Shown here in pieces: positions 27,549-40,513 of a DNA stretch of 64,000 nt. A model generated the notes under the pieces. It was not told where the DNA came from and searched no databases. It was given only the letters and a program-made list of their open reading frames with translations. Where the stretch lies: NCBI GenBank assembly GCA_964016885.1, contig OZ024756.1, positions 6,758,001 through 6,822,000 on the forward strand, in the 5' to 3' direction. The number at the start of each line of letters is the position of its first letter. Position 1 is the first letter of the stretch. Source of the DNA: Eledone cirrhosa (Eukaryota). The position numbers and the translations under genes are program-made.

Positions 27549-27686
27549 AAAATGTTTAACTCCGACAAGCAGAGCTCAAGCCGTTTCGACGGGGTTAAGC
27601 ATTTTCCTATTACCCACTCTACTACTCTACGTATTAAGTACTCTGGTGCGTTATGGTGCATCTGTTTCCTTACCACACCTCCTTCG

Positions 27687-27690
<4 letters not shown>
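27545..27690. mobile_element. Family D foldback element
   Basis: Same sequence as 39072-39262, 44213-44407, 45921-46105 and 61334-61495; between (TA)n tracts. Confidence 0.75.
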
Positions 27691-27740
<50 letters not shown>

Positions 27741-27887
27741 GGCTTCTACAGTACAATAACTGGTTCATTCGAATGAAACAGTTCTACTCCTGTAGAAGAC
27801 ATTTCTATATTAAATATTTATACTCTGCTATGTATTGAGTACCTTACTTACTGTGGTTACCCCCGATTGAACGTTGGGGACACACAG

Positions 27888-27939
<52 letters not shown>

Positions 27940-28088
27940 AAGTGTGTGTGTATGTATGAAAATATGTATGCCTGTTTGTGCATTACTATATAATATAAAT
28001 ATACATCTATATGTATATATATTTATACATAAATATATAATGTAAATATATATATATATATATTAACATTATATATTTGTGTGTATAA

Positions 28089-28130
<42 letters not shown>

Positions 28131-28308
28131 GTGTGTGTGTTTGTGTGTGTCTGTGTATATATATATATGTGTCTGTATACGTATTTTTTGTTTATATATA
28201 TGCATTCGTTCATACACATATACAGCTCAAACACATGTATGTGTGTGTATGAGTTTATATGTGTGTGAGTGTCTATGTATGTGTCTATGTATATATATGT
28301 GTGTGTGT

Positions 28309-28361
<53 letters not shown>

Positions 28362-28591
28362 AGTGTCTATGTAAGTATGTATCTGTACGGTATGTTATTG
28401 CCACTTGTAAGCAATCACTAGTCTGTTATGTTCAATACTGTAATGGATGCCCTTTGATATATACTTGCTTTTTAAGGTTACAATTCCTCTCTCTCTCTCT
28501 CTCTCACACTCTCTCCCTCACACACATATATATGTCTGTGTGAGTATATATATATATATATAGAGAGAGAGATATATATATGGATATATAT

Positions 28592-28708
<117 letters not shown>

Positions 28709-28715
28709 TATATAT

Positions 28716-28774
<59 letters not shown>

Positions 28775-28829
28775 TATGGATATATATATATAGAGAGAGA
28801 TATATATGGATATATATATGTATATATAC

Positions 28830-28933
<104 letters not shown>

Positions 28934-28959
28934 AACTTCTTTAACAATATTTTAATTTG

Positions 28960-29015
<56 letters not shown>

Positions 29016-29149
29016 GAGACAGAAGGAGAGAAGGAAAGAAACAGAGAGAGAGAGAGAAAGGGCGAAAGGCATATACAGACACAGACAGACACACATCCAT
29101 CTTAAAGACGAAATATATTGATAGACAGAGGTAAAGACAGAAGAAATAA

Positions 29150-29151
29150 AT

Positions 29152-29196
<45 letters not shown>

Positions 29197-29340
29197 GTCT
29201 TTTGAAAAAATTAGGAGAGAAAAAAGAACTTCTTTCCTTTGAGATAATCTCTCAAAAAAAGAAGTTATTTTTCCTCTCCTAATTTTTTTCAAAAGACATC
29301 TTTCTTTCGTCCTTTCTTTCTTTCTTTCTTTCTTTCTTTG
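29150..29340. repeat. Foldback palindrome with (GAAA)n/(TTTC)n outer arms
   Basis: AAAGATGTCTTTTGAAAAAATTAGGAGAG.. mirrored by ..CTCTCCTAATTTTTTTCAAAAGACATCTTT. Confidence 0.8.
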
Positions 29341-29495
29341 TGAAGAAAAAATATGGAAAAGTAGGATTTATATGTATATGTATGTAAACATAGATTTATG
29401 TTTGTAAACATGGAGGTATATATATATATATGTATATGTATGCAAACATAGGTATATGTATATATGTAAATGTATGTAAACATAGAGGTATATAT

Positions 29496-29628
<133 letters not shown>

Positions 29629-29857
29629 TATATATATATATGTGTGTGTGTGCTTGTGTGTGTGTAATTATATTAATACATGTATACACGCACACAGGAA
29701 GACGATACTTTGGTTCGTGGAAACGTTCCCTTGCAAAGAACGGGAAAAAAACGAAGATAATTCGTCATAAATTGGAGCAATGAAAACGATTACAGGCAAA
29801 GACAAAGCCACGTTTATGGTACAAAGGAAGTTGTAGACCCTATGTTTCCCCACTTCG

Positions 29858-30483
29858 ACCCTGAAGGATCACAAATCCAATTTCCGGAATAACCATTCTA
29901 TTCGGCTTATTAACCCTTCTAACTTCTTACTATTAACATTTCTTACTCTACGACACCTAACCTTGCACATAACATCACAGCCTCAAATTTAGCTAAACTA
30001 CCTAGCCGTAGGAACACGTGCAACCCTGTAGCTAGTACTAACTGTAATTGTAGGAATCGGGTTGACCGCCCCCTATCCGGGAAATATCTCTCTAGTAGCA
30101 TTGTCTACAAATGTAAGGTTGAAACACCCACGTCCCGTAGGGCCTACATAGGGTTAACCGTCAATAGATTCAAGCAGCGTCTTTACATGCATACCCATTC
30201 TTTTCGTTACCCTCTAAGAAGGAATATGACGTCACTCTCAGCTTATATCTGGAGTCTAAAAGACAACCACACCCAATATAAGTTACACTGGGAGATCCTA
30301 GCTAGGGCTAGATCGTATAACGGAAATAAAAGACCATGTGACCTCTGCGCCGCCGAGGCCCTGGAAATACTCTATGCCAAAGACCACATCTTAAACAAAA
30401 AATCTGAGGCAATTTCGGCTTGTAAACATAAATTTCACAAAACTTTCCTGTATTACAGCCCCACATTATACCCTAACGGATAG
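29858..30483 (+). pseudogene. Penelope-like element remnant: RT N-terminal motif joined to linker + GIY-YIG endonuclease
   Basis: TLKDHKSNFRNNHSIRLINPS (29858-29920); open frame 29923-30483 with INISYSTTPN, CNCR, SIVYK..AYIGLT..FKQR..H, TSLSAYIW, CDLCAAE, LNKKSE..CKH. Confidence 0.88.
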
Positions 30484-30880
30484 TACGAACTATACGCGGA
30501 TATTTTACGTCTTAATGTGGTAGCTAAGTATATGTTATGTTTATACCATTACTTATTTGAATAGGTAAGTATGTTTACCTGTATGTTTTGTGAAGGTACG
30601 TATACTTTCTCGTACGTATATTTACTTGTATATGTTATGGCGTATATATATCATATATAGTGGTACATGTGCATATGGTTATGTGTATACGTGAGTTCTG
30701 CGTCTGTGTGAGTATGCGGGTTCGTACGTATGTAGGGTGCGTGTATATGTGTACTTCGTGTTTTGGTTGACCTACGTCTGTGTACATATGTGTATTTACA
30801 TGTAGGTATGTGTGTGAGCGCGTTATATACGTTTTTACGTGTATATTTATATACGTTTATATAATTATATGTATACACGT

Positions 30881-30927
<47 letters not shown>

Positions 30928-30933
<6 letters not shown>

Positions 30934-31350
30934 ATATTAACAAATGGAAACTATATTTATAAAACCATATTTATTTCATTATACATATTTCAAGGGTCAC
31001 CAAGGCAAACTATGGTGCGCTTTCATCAGATAAAATATAATATATGTTAGTTTTATAAATAAATATTGACATACCCTGAAAAAATTGCAACCATTGTGGT
31101 TGGAATCTCCAGGAGATTCCAACGAGAATGGTTGCATTGTCAATATTTATTTATAAAACTAACTTATATTATATTTTATCTGATGAAAGCGCACCATAGT
31201 TTGCCTTGGTGGCCCTTGAAATATGTATAATGAAATAAATATGGTTTTATAAATATAGTTTCCATTTGTTAATATATTGTATATTTACTTCAATAATTTG
31301 TTGAGTGCTTTATATCAGTTATAAAAATATTTTGCTTGTTGTATCCCAAC
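30928..31350. mobile_element. Family A element with two opposed hammerheads
   Basis: Inverted arms about 30930-31070 and 31137-31280; hammerheads at 30972-31037 (minus) and 31172-31237 (plus), both with intact CTGATGA and GAAA. Confidence 0.8.
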
Positions 31351-31367
31351 AAATTAAATATAACCTC

Positions 31368-31430
<63 letters not shown>

Positions 31431-31786
31431 ATCTGGTGTATACGTCCGTATGTGTGCGGGTACGGAATTTTGTGGGTTCTGTATGTGCGTGCGTGTTTTT
31501 TAAAATGTTTTTTTATTTGTTGTGTACATGCTTGTATTTGCATACCCATTGCGGGTGTTTTCGCGTATGGTTGTGTATGTACGTATATGGATGCGTGCAT
31601 GTATATATTTAATTTCAATTACCTCTGTTATTTATTTACTTTATTCTTAACTCTGAAGCCGAGAATCATTCGATTTCCTAAATAGAATTTTACACTACGA
31701 CTTCAATTATACCATAAACGTGGTTTTGTCTTTGCGTGTAATTGTTTTCACTGCTCCAGTTAATGATGTATTATCTTCGTTTTTAT

Positions 31787-31924
<138 letters not shown>

Positions 31925-32399
31925 AAGAGTGAGGTGTGTATAATAGAATAGAAACTGGCGAAATGTAAAAAGATATGAAAGATAACGAAGGAAGTTGAAT
32001 TCTTATTATTTTCCGTTCATATATAACACACAACAACACAACATACAACACACAACATATAACAACATATAACAACATAACACAACATACTATAACTCAC
32101 ACAACACACACAACATATCACAACATATAACACACAACATATCACAACACATAACAACATATCACAACACATACAACATATCACAACATTTCACAACAAA
32201 TAATTACAACAAATATTTACAACACCCTGATGGCGTCTTCTTTCCACTTAATTTGTCACACACACACACACCCACACATAAATATGTACTGTATATACAC
32301 ACAGAAATATACACTCACACATATACACGCACATACACACACATACATACACTCACATACACACACATACAAACACTGTCAAACACACGCATATATACA

Positions 32400-32502
<103 letters not shown>

Positions 32503-32623
32503 GAGTGTAAATATGCGTGTATATATGCGCATTTATATACACATACATACACATAAATATACACACACATATATATATACATACGCATATACACACACAT
32601 ATATATACATTCACAAATATACA

Positions 32624-32777
<154 letters not shown>

Positions 32778-33104
32778 CACTCACACATATAAATTCACAT
32801 ACACACACTGTCAAACACACATATATACACACACACACATACCTACCCTGTCAAACACACATACATATACACACCAACACCAATATATTTACAGGTTTCT
32901 TTCCCCTTGTACTTTCGGCACACCCAACAAAGAATATATTCTTTAAAGCAATACGTACTTCAAAGTTTCCGATATTCTTTCATGTTTTAATTATCGATAA
33001 TATTATTCCCGCCAGTAAATAACAATGCTATTTTCTTACGATTGATGAGATAAAAAAATGAAATGGAAAATTGAATTTATTTAGTGAATCAATTTTATAT
33101 CCTC

Positions 33105-33180
33105 CACCACCACCACCACCACCACCACCACCAACAACAACAACATCAGCAACACAACGACCAGCACAAGAATCCCTACC

Positions 33181-33212
<32 letters not shown>

Positions 33213-33328
33213 CAACAACAACGACAGCAACAACAACAACAACACCACCACCACCAACAACTAAAACAACAACACCTACGACCAGCCCCAGCATCCCTAC
33301 CACCACGACTACGACCACAACCACCACC

Positions 33329-33359
<31 letters not shown>

Positions 33360-33400
33360 CCACAACCAGCACCACCACCACCACCAACACGACCATCACT
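33105..33400. repeat. (CCA)n/(CAA)n tract
   Basis: Direct reading. Confidence 0.9.
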
Positions 33401-33635
33401 TCAAGATAAAAACAAGATTCATCTTTGGTGTGGTTTGATTACCCATGTAGAACAAACATTTTTACCAGGTGTGTGTGTGTATGTGTGAGCGACTGTATGT
33501 GTATGTGACTGTGTGTGTGCATGTGTGTGTGCATGTGTGTGTGTATGTGTGTATGTGTGTGTGTGTGTGCGTGTGTGCGTGTGTGCGTGTGTGTGGGTGT
33601 GTGGTTTGTGTGGGTGGTGGGTGTGTGTGTGTGGT

Positions 33636-33666
<31 letters not shown>

Positions 33667-33867
33667 GCATAGCAGAGACAAAACAAAATGGCCGGTATTT
33701 TAATGTATTTACCGCCTAGTTCAGCTGGGAGTTTAACCCTGTGATGGACTGGCGTCCTCTCCAGGCAGGATTATTTTATTCTCAATCGCTTCACGCCGCG
33801 ATAACCTGGATATGTACTTGCCTGATAGGCCTCGAAGCTCGACACAGACTTTAGACTTTAGACTACA

Positions 33868-34290
33868 TCACCTCCCTAGTCACTGCTATGGAGGCGGAGT
33901 TGATCACCCAAAGGAGTGAGTCCCATAAACTGAAGATGCTTCTTGTGATACTTATAGTGTTGGAGAGTTCTGGAGATCTTGGCCCCCGTCTCACCTCCCT
34001 ATTCACTGCTATAGGGGCGGAGTTGGTCACCCCGAGGACTGAGACCCATAAACTGAACTGGCTTCTTGTGAAACTTATAGTGTTGCAGACTTCTGGCATT
34101 CTTCGTCCCCATATCACCTCCCTAGTCACTGCTATCGAGGCTTAGTTGAACCCCCATTGGAGTTAGTCCCATGACGTACACTGTCTTCTTGTCAAACCTA
34201 TAGCGGTAGAGACTTCTGACGTTTTTGGTCCTCATACCACCTCCTTAGTCACTGTTAACTGAGCAAATTTGGCCACCCGCAGGAGCGAGC
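33868..34290. repeat. About 123-bp tandem repeat, 3.5 diverged copies
   Basis: CACCTCCCTAGTCACTGCTAT near 33870, 33992, 34115 and 34238. Confidence 0.8.
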
Positions 34291-34809
34291 CTTGTGATTT
34301 CATATGTCTCTCTCGCTATCCTCCAAGGTAAGGCTACTCACATCTTATCAACTGGGACTAAGAGGCAGCTTGCACGTGAGGTCCTGCACGATAGTGAACA
34401 TTCTCCCACACTGTTCGCTCTTGTATTATTTGCTAGTCTCTTTACGTTCTGAGTTCAAATCCCGCCCAGGTTAGCTTTGTGTGTTTCATGCTTATGGGGT
34501 CAATAACGTAAAGTACCAGTAATGCACCGGGCTCGATATAATCGAATCCCCCTACCAAAACATTGTTGGCCTTGTGTTTCAATCGTAAACCACTCTTAGG
34601 TAGACATGATAACTGCTGTTAATTTGTGTGAGGGCAAGACTCGATTCAATCGACCCATAGTTCTTTCCTGGTCCTTTAATTTATCGATCTTGAGAAGGAT
34701 GAAAGAGGACCTCAGTAGGATTTGTAAATCAGAAAGTAAAGATCTGGAATAAATACTGTTAATCATTTGATCGAAGTTCGATCTAGTCAGCCAATCAATA
34801 ATTATAATG

Positions 34810-35020
34810 ATTTCTACTATAGGCACAAGGTCACACATTTGAAGGGGGGGGGGTCGATTTAATCGATCCCAGTGCATTACTGGTACTTTATGTTATCGAT
34901 CCCGTAAGGATGAAAGGCAAAGCTAACCTCGGCGGGATTTGAACTCAGATCATAAAGGGATGTCACTCTATGCCGCAAATCATGCTGTCCAACGCTCTAC
35001 CGATTCCGCCAATCCACCGC
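34810..35020 (-). mobile_element. tRNA-head SINE (degenerate partial copies also at about 34440-34740)
   Basis: Reverse-complement A/B boxes and core. Confidence 0.85.
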
Positions 35021-35044
35021 AGATTTAATAATATGCTGATGATG

Positions 35045-35046
<2 letters not shown>

Positions 35047-35091
<45 letters not shown>

Positions 35092-35095
35092 CAGC

Positions 35096-35134
<39 letters not shown>

Positions 35135-35689
35135 TGTAGTAGTATTAGTAGTAGTGGTAGTAGTAGCAGTAGTAGCAGTAGCAGCAGCAGTAGTAGTAGT
35201 AGCAGTAACAGTAGCAGCAGCAGTAGTAGCAGCAGCAGCATTAGCAACAGCAGCAGTAGTAGCAGTAACAGCAGCAGAAGTAGTAGCAGCAGCAGTAGTA
35301 GCAACATTATTAGCAGGAGCAGCAGCAGCAGCAGCAGCAGTAGTAGCAGCAGCAGTAGTAGGAGCAGCAGCAGCAGCAGTATTAGCAGCAGCAGCAGTAG
35401 TAGCAGTAACAGCAGCAGTAGTAGTAGTAGTAGTAATAGTTGTAGTAGTAGTAGTAGCAGCAGTAGCAGCAGCAGCAGCAACAGCAGTAGTAGTAGCAGT
35501 AGCAGTAACAGCAGCAGTAGTAGTAGTAGTAGCAGCAGCAGTAGCAGCAGCAGTAGTAGTAGTTGTAGTAGTATTAGTAGTAGTGGTAGTAGTAGCAGTA
35601 GTAGCAGTAGTAGCAGCAGTAGCAGTAACAGCAGCAGTAGTAGTAGTAGTAGCAGCAGCAGTAGCAGCAGCAGTAGTAGTAGTAGCAGC

Positions 35690-35723
<34 letters not shown>

Positions 35724-36020
35724 GTAGCAGCAGCTGCAGTAGTAGTAGTAGTAGTAGCAGCAGTAACAGCAATACCAGCAGCAGTAGTAGCAGCAGTAGT
35801 AGCAGTAGTAGCAGTAGTAGCAGTAGTAGCAGTAGTTGCAATACCAGCAGCAGTAGTAGTAGCAGCAGCAGTAGTAGCAGCATCAGCAGCAGTAGCAGCA
35901 GCAGCAGTAGTAGCAACAGTATTAGCAGGAGCAGCAATAGCAGCAGTAGTAGTAGCAGCAGCAACAACAGCAGCAGTAGTAGCAGTAGCAGTAGCAGCAG
36001 CAGCAGCAGCAGCAGTAGCA
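35047..36020. repeat. (AGT)n/(AGC)n compound trinucleotide array
   Basis: Direct reading; source of the poly-S, poly-L and poly-A/T ORFs. Confidence 0.95.
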
Positions 36021-36144
36021 GGAAGGGGAGGGGGTGATAGACCAATACATATATGGCAGTTGTTTACTTTTCCTACAGTAAACAACCTACATTACATTAA
36101 GTGTACAATATTAAGCTGTTCTACTCTGTTAACTACGGACTTAT

Positions 36145-36740
36145 GGGTTGGCAGAATCTGTAGAGCGTCGGACCCCATGCTTTACAGCATAGACTTCTGG
36201 CCCCTTACATTCAGAGGTTAAATCCCGCTGAGGTTAAAGTTGACTTTAATCCTTACGGGGTCGATAAAATAAAGTACCAGTAATACACTGGTGCGTTTAA
36301 TCAACTTTCCCTTCCTCCAAAATTACAGGCCTTGTGTCTATTGTAGAAATCAGGTGGATTGGCAGTATCGGTAGAGGGTCGGACGCCATGCTTTCCACCA
36401 TAGTTACGTCCCTTTACGATCTGAGTTCAAATCCCGCCGAGGTTGACTTTGCCTTTCATCCTTACGGGGTCGATAAAATAAAAGTACCAGTAATGCACTG
36501 GCTAATTGCTGGCCTTGTGCCTAAAGTAGAAACAATTATTTATATGCAGGGCGGTGGAGTGGCAGTATCGGTAGAGGGTCGGACGCCATGCTTTCCAGCA
36601 TAGAGTTACGTCCCTTTACGGTCTGAGTTCAAATCCTGCCGAGGTTAACTTTCCCTTTCATCCTTACGGGTCGATAAAATAAAGTACCAGTAATGTACTG
36701 GGTTTGTGCTGGCTTTGTGCCAAAAGTAGAAACAATTATT
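36145..36740 (+). mobile_element. Three head-to-tail tRNA-head SINE copies
   Basis: Copies at about 36145-36350, 36352-36540 and 36549-36740. Confidence 0.88.
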
Positions 36741-37521
36741 TATATGCATAAAATAAATATATATCAAATATACGAACGGTTTTATATATACAGTATATAT
36801 ATATGTGTGTGTGTGTATCGTGTGTGTGTGTGTATGTGTGTGTGTGTGTGCGTGTATGCGTATGTGCGTGTGTGTGTGTGTGCGTGTATGCGTATGTGCG
36901 TGTATGCGTGTGCGCGTGTGTGCGTGCGTGTGCGTGTGTGTGTGTGTGTCCGTGTATGCGTGTCTGTGTGTGTGTGCGTGTATGCGTGTGCGCGTGTGTG
37001 TGTGCGTGTATGCGTGTGCGCGGGTGTGTGTGTATGTGTGTGTGTGTGTGCGTGTATGCGTATGTGCGTGTGTGTGTGTGTGCGTGTATGCGTATGTGCG
37101 TGTGTGCGTGTGTGCGTGTATGCGCGTGTGTGTGTGTATAAATGCTACACTCTCACAGCAACATTTCTTGTTTTAAAATTGCTATAATGAGGGATTCTTA
37201 TCCCAGTTATTGAACAAGGATAAGACTTTAGTATTTAGGGTGAGAAGCAGTCATTATCGTGACTTCATAATTAAGATTTGTTGAGCTGTAATAAAACTGT
37301 CATCTATACGGTTCAAAGTTAATAGAGTGGCCACCAAGAAAGCATCCATTTATAAGCCATAAATATCTCCAGACACACCACACATAGTAATATATAGCCT
37401 GGCTTTCATGGATTAGTCATCTAATTAGTAAATAACGAACATACTAGCTTCAAATCTCACATACCAAGTTCAGATCCTTTCCAGGAGAATGACGTCTCCT
37501 AAGAGTCTTATTGTATTTGAT

Positions 37522-38445
37522 ATTCTTCTTCTTCTTCTTCTTCTTCTTCTTCTTCTTCTTCTTCTTCTTCTTCTTCTTCTTCTTCTTCTTCTTCTTCTTC
37601 TTCTTCTTCTTCTTCTGCTTCTCCTTGTTATTCTTCTTCTTTGCCCAATTATTCCTGAGAGGGTCGTGGGGGCAGAGTCCACCTCAAACACTCCCTCCAG
37701 CGGGTCTTGTCAGTAGCAACGGTTTCCAACTGATTCGGTTGGATCCCCAAGCGAGACCAGCCAAGCTCATAGATGTTATCCAACTATCTTGCTCGAGATT
37801 ACCCTTGGGTCTCCTACCAGTTAGTTTTGTCCGTAAAATCTGTCCAGCGATACTTTCCTGAGACATTCTAACCGCATGTCCATAGTATCGGAGCTGTGAT
37901 CTCTCAATTCAGAGAGTAGCTCCAGAATACCTGGAGTAACTCTCTGATCACTGAGTTACGTACTTTATTGAGTAACGTTAATCTAAAGACCTTTCGGAGG
38001 GCCCCATTCTAACAACATGACCATAGTATCGAACCTGTGATCTCACTAACGAGTAACGTTACTCTAAAGACCTTTCGGAGGGATCCCATTCTAACAACAT
38101 GACCATAGTATCGAAGCTGTGATCTCACTATCGAGTAACGTTACTCTAAAGACCTTTCGGATGGACCCCATTCTAACCACATGATCATAGTATCGAAGCT
38201 GTGATCTCACTATCGAGTAACGTTACTTCAAAGACCCTTTTGCGGAATCCAATTGCAAGTCGGAGATCACCTTCTTTCGAGTTAAGTAACACCATGCCCT
38301 CTGTAAAATCCAGCCAACAGATTTTACACCCGGATAAATGGTATTAAATCGAAACCATTCAACGTGGAGGTCGGACTCCACTAAGGGTACGTACTGTCAT
38401 CTCTCATGTTCATTATTTTCATGAACAGAACTGACAGACATGCGC
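37522..38445. mobile_element. RTE LINE 3' end (minus) with (GAA)n tail, derived 82-bp tandem repeat and an inverted RT fragment
   Basis: Minus strand GRRPKG..LAW..LPPRPSQE* then (GAA)n; GAGTAACGTTA units at 37970, 38051, 38133, 38215; plus strand 38340-38445 SKPFNVEVGLH*GYVLSSLMFIIFM (RT QG block). Confidence 0.7.
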
Positions 38446-38682
38446 AGCCGGAAGTGTAGTAGATAAGGGTGATAACTCCAGAAAAAATGTGGTATATTCT
38501 ACTAGGACAATAGGATTTAAGGACCCAACGGGTGTAAGAAAACTGTGTAGTGAGAACACCTAGAGGACCAATGTTTTATGGGTGAACACAATATAGGTGC
38601 CGAGAGGTGGAGAAAGTAAAGAGGTGGGTTGTCATAGCGGAGGTGGCATGAAACCATGTATAGCTCTCTGTAATATAACTCA

Positions 38683-38737
<55 letters not shown>

Positions 38738-38738
<1 letters not shown>

Positions 38739-39031
38739 GATATTAACAAATGGAAACTATATTTATAAAATCATATCTATTTTATTATACATATTTCAAG
38801 GATACCATGTTAAATTATTTATAAAACTGGTATATATTGTATTTTGTCTGATGGAAGCACACCATAATTTAACATGGTATCCTTGAAATATGTATAATAA
38901 AATAGATATGGTTTTATAAATATAGTTTCCATTTGTTAATATCGTATGTTTACTCCAAATACTTATTGAGTGCTTTATATCAGTTATAAAAATATTTGCT
39001 TGTTGTATCCCAACAATTTAAATAGAACTTT

Positions 39032-39032
<1 letters not shown>
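38738..39032 (+). mobile_element. Family A hammerhead element with 5' inversion
   Basis: Hammerhead 38840-38904 (CTGATGG variant); 38738-38817 is an inverted copy ending inside stem II. Confidence 0.75.
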
Positions 39033-39071
<39 letters not shown>

Positions 39072-39074
<3 letters not shown>

Positions 39075-39262
39075 CGAAGGAATTGTGATAAGGAACCAGG
39101 TGGACCATAACGCACCAGAGTACTCAATACTTAAGGTAGTGGAGTGGGTAATAGGAAAAGGTATGAGCCCGACGGTAGAGCTTAAGCCGTTTCGACGGTT
39201 ATTTCTGGACTGAAATAGCCGTCGAAACGGCTTGTGCTCTGCCGTCGGGGTCATACCTTTTC
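39072..39262. mobile_element. Family D foldback element
   Basis: Palindrome centred on GACGGTTATTTC-TGGACT-GAAATAGCCGTC. Confidence 0.8.
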
Positions 39263-39538
39263 GTATATATATATATATATATATTGTATTCTATATCATA
39301 TTATAATTCTCATATTGTATTACCATGTTGTATTTCATGTATTTGTCTTATATTGTTCTTTCAACGTGGGTTTGACATATTACTCGCTCTCTTGCCCTAT
39401 AGTCTATATTTGGAAATGCACACTTTTAGCTTTAGCATGTCTTTCCATGATGTCTTTCCTAAGTTTTCATAGATATAAATTCCCTGTTCTTCTGAATTTT
39501 GGTGGTTCTGGCCGTTAATGCTTCTCGTCTCTTTGCTT

Positions 39539-39579
39539 GCCCTGATGAGTCCTTATTAATGGGACGAAACATTGTCGGC
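39539..39579 (+). ncRNA. Type I hammerhead ribozyme (family C, element 39285-39636)
   Basis: GCC-CTGATGA-GTCCT TATTAAT GGGAC-GAAA-CATTG-TC-GGC; canonical core with GUC cleavage triplet, followed by AATAAA. Confidence 0.88.
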
Positions 39580-39631
39580 TAATAAAGACTTTTGATGTAT
39601 TGAAGGCTTCTTTGTTCATTTTTTATAATTT

Positions 39632-39715
<84 letters not shown>

Positions 39716-40136
39716 CAATATAGAGAGGAAAAACGCAGGAGAGTGTGTTTTCATTACAGGATTTTAACCACTAGCGTGAAGAGAATCTAAGCTAAGAGAG
39801 TTGTAGGAGAAACATAATAATTAAACGGATAAATTCAAATGAAAAACCTACCTCATAACTAATCGTACATGTACAAACTCACTAGCAGGCTGTTTCACCG
39901 TATCAGTGGGTTCAAGTTCAGCTTTGAGGATCATCAGCAAGTGATCAAGCTGGTATTGTTCCCACTACTAAAGAGAACTATAGTAACTGACCTGTAGAAC
40001 GTGTGAATAGAGGGAAATACTTGCGCGAGGCATTGACCGGTGGTATGAACAGAACAAGCCGCTAGAAATGGCAACCTATACTATTCAATTTATCGTGCTC
40101 TACTGCAGAGAAAATGCAACGAGCAAATATTTTACT

Positions 40137-40250
<114 letters not shown>

Positions 40251-40468
40251 AATTAAGTTAAAGTGTACATCTACATATGTATACGGAAGTATTAGTATGC
40301 ATATAAATACACACATGTATACATATGTACATGTACTCAGCTTTTCACTAGACACTTTACAGTGAGTGTCAGCTAGTCTGTATGTAACCACACAGGCGGA
40401 CCGGGTTTTAGAGTCATACGAGTTTTCAAGGAAACACATTTCCTCTATTCTCCAGAGGGCCACACAGG

Positions 40469-40513
40469 AATATTGGACTAGTTTCGATGTTATTACATCT
40501 CATCAGCAATATT
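40469..40513 (-). ncRNA. Minimal type I hammerhead (repeated at 40938, 41407, 41876, 42345, 42814 and 43283)
   Basis: Minus strand AATATTG-CTGATGA-GATGT AATA ACATC-GAAA-CTAG-TC-CAATATT. Confidence 0.92.

Noticed and set aside
34963-36221. Four ORFs of about 355 aa (poly-S, poly-L, poly-A/T, poly-V/A)
   Set aside because: Trinucleotide array open in several frames
36352-36440. tRNA genes suggested by A/B boxes
   Set aside because: No cloverleaf evident; always fused to the SINE core, and some copies have TSDs
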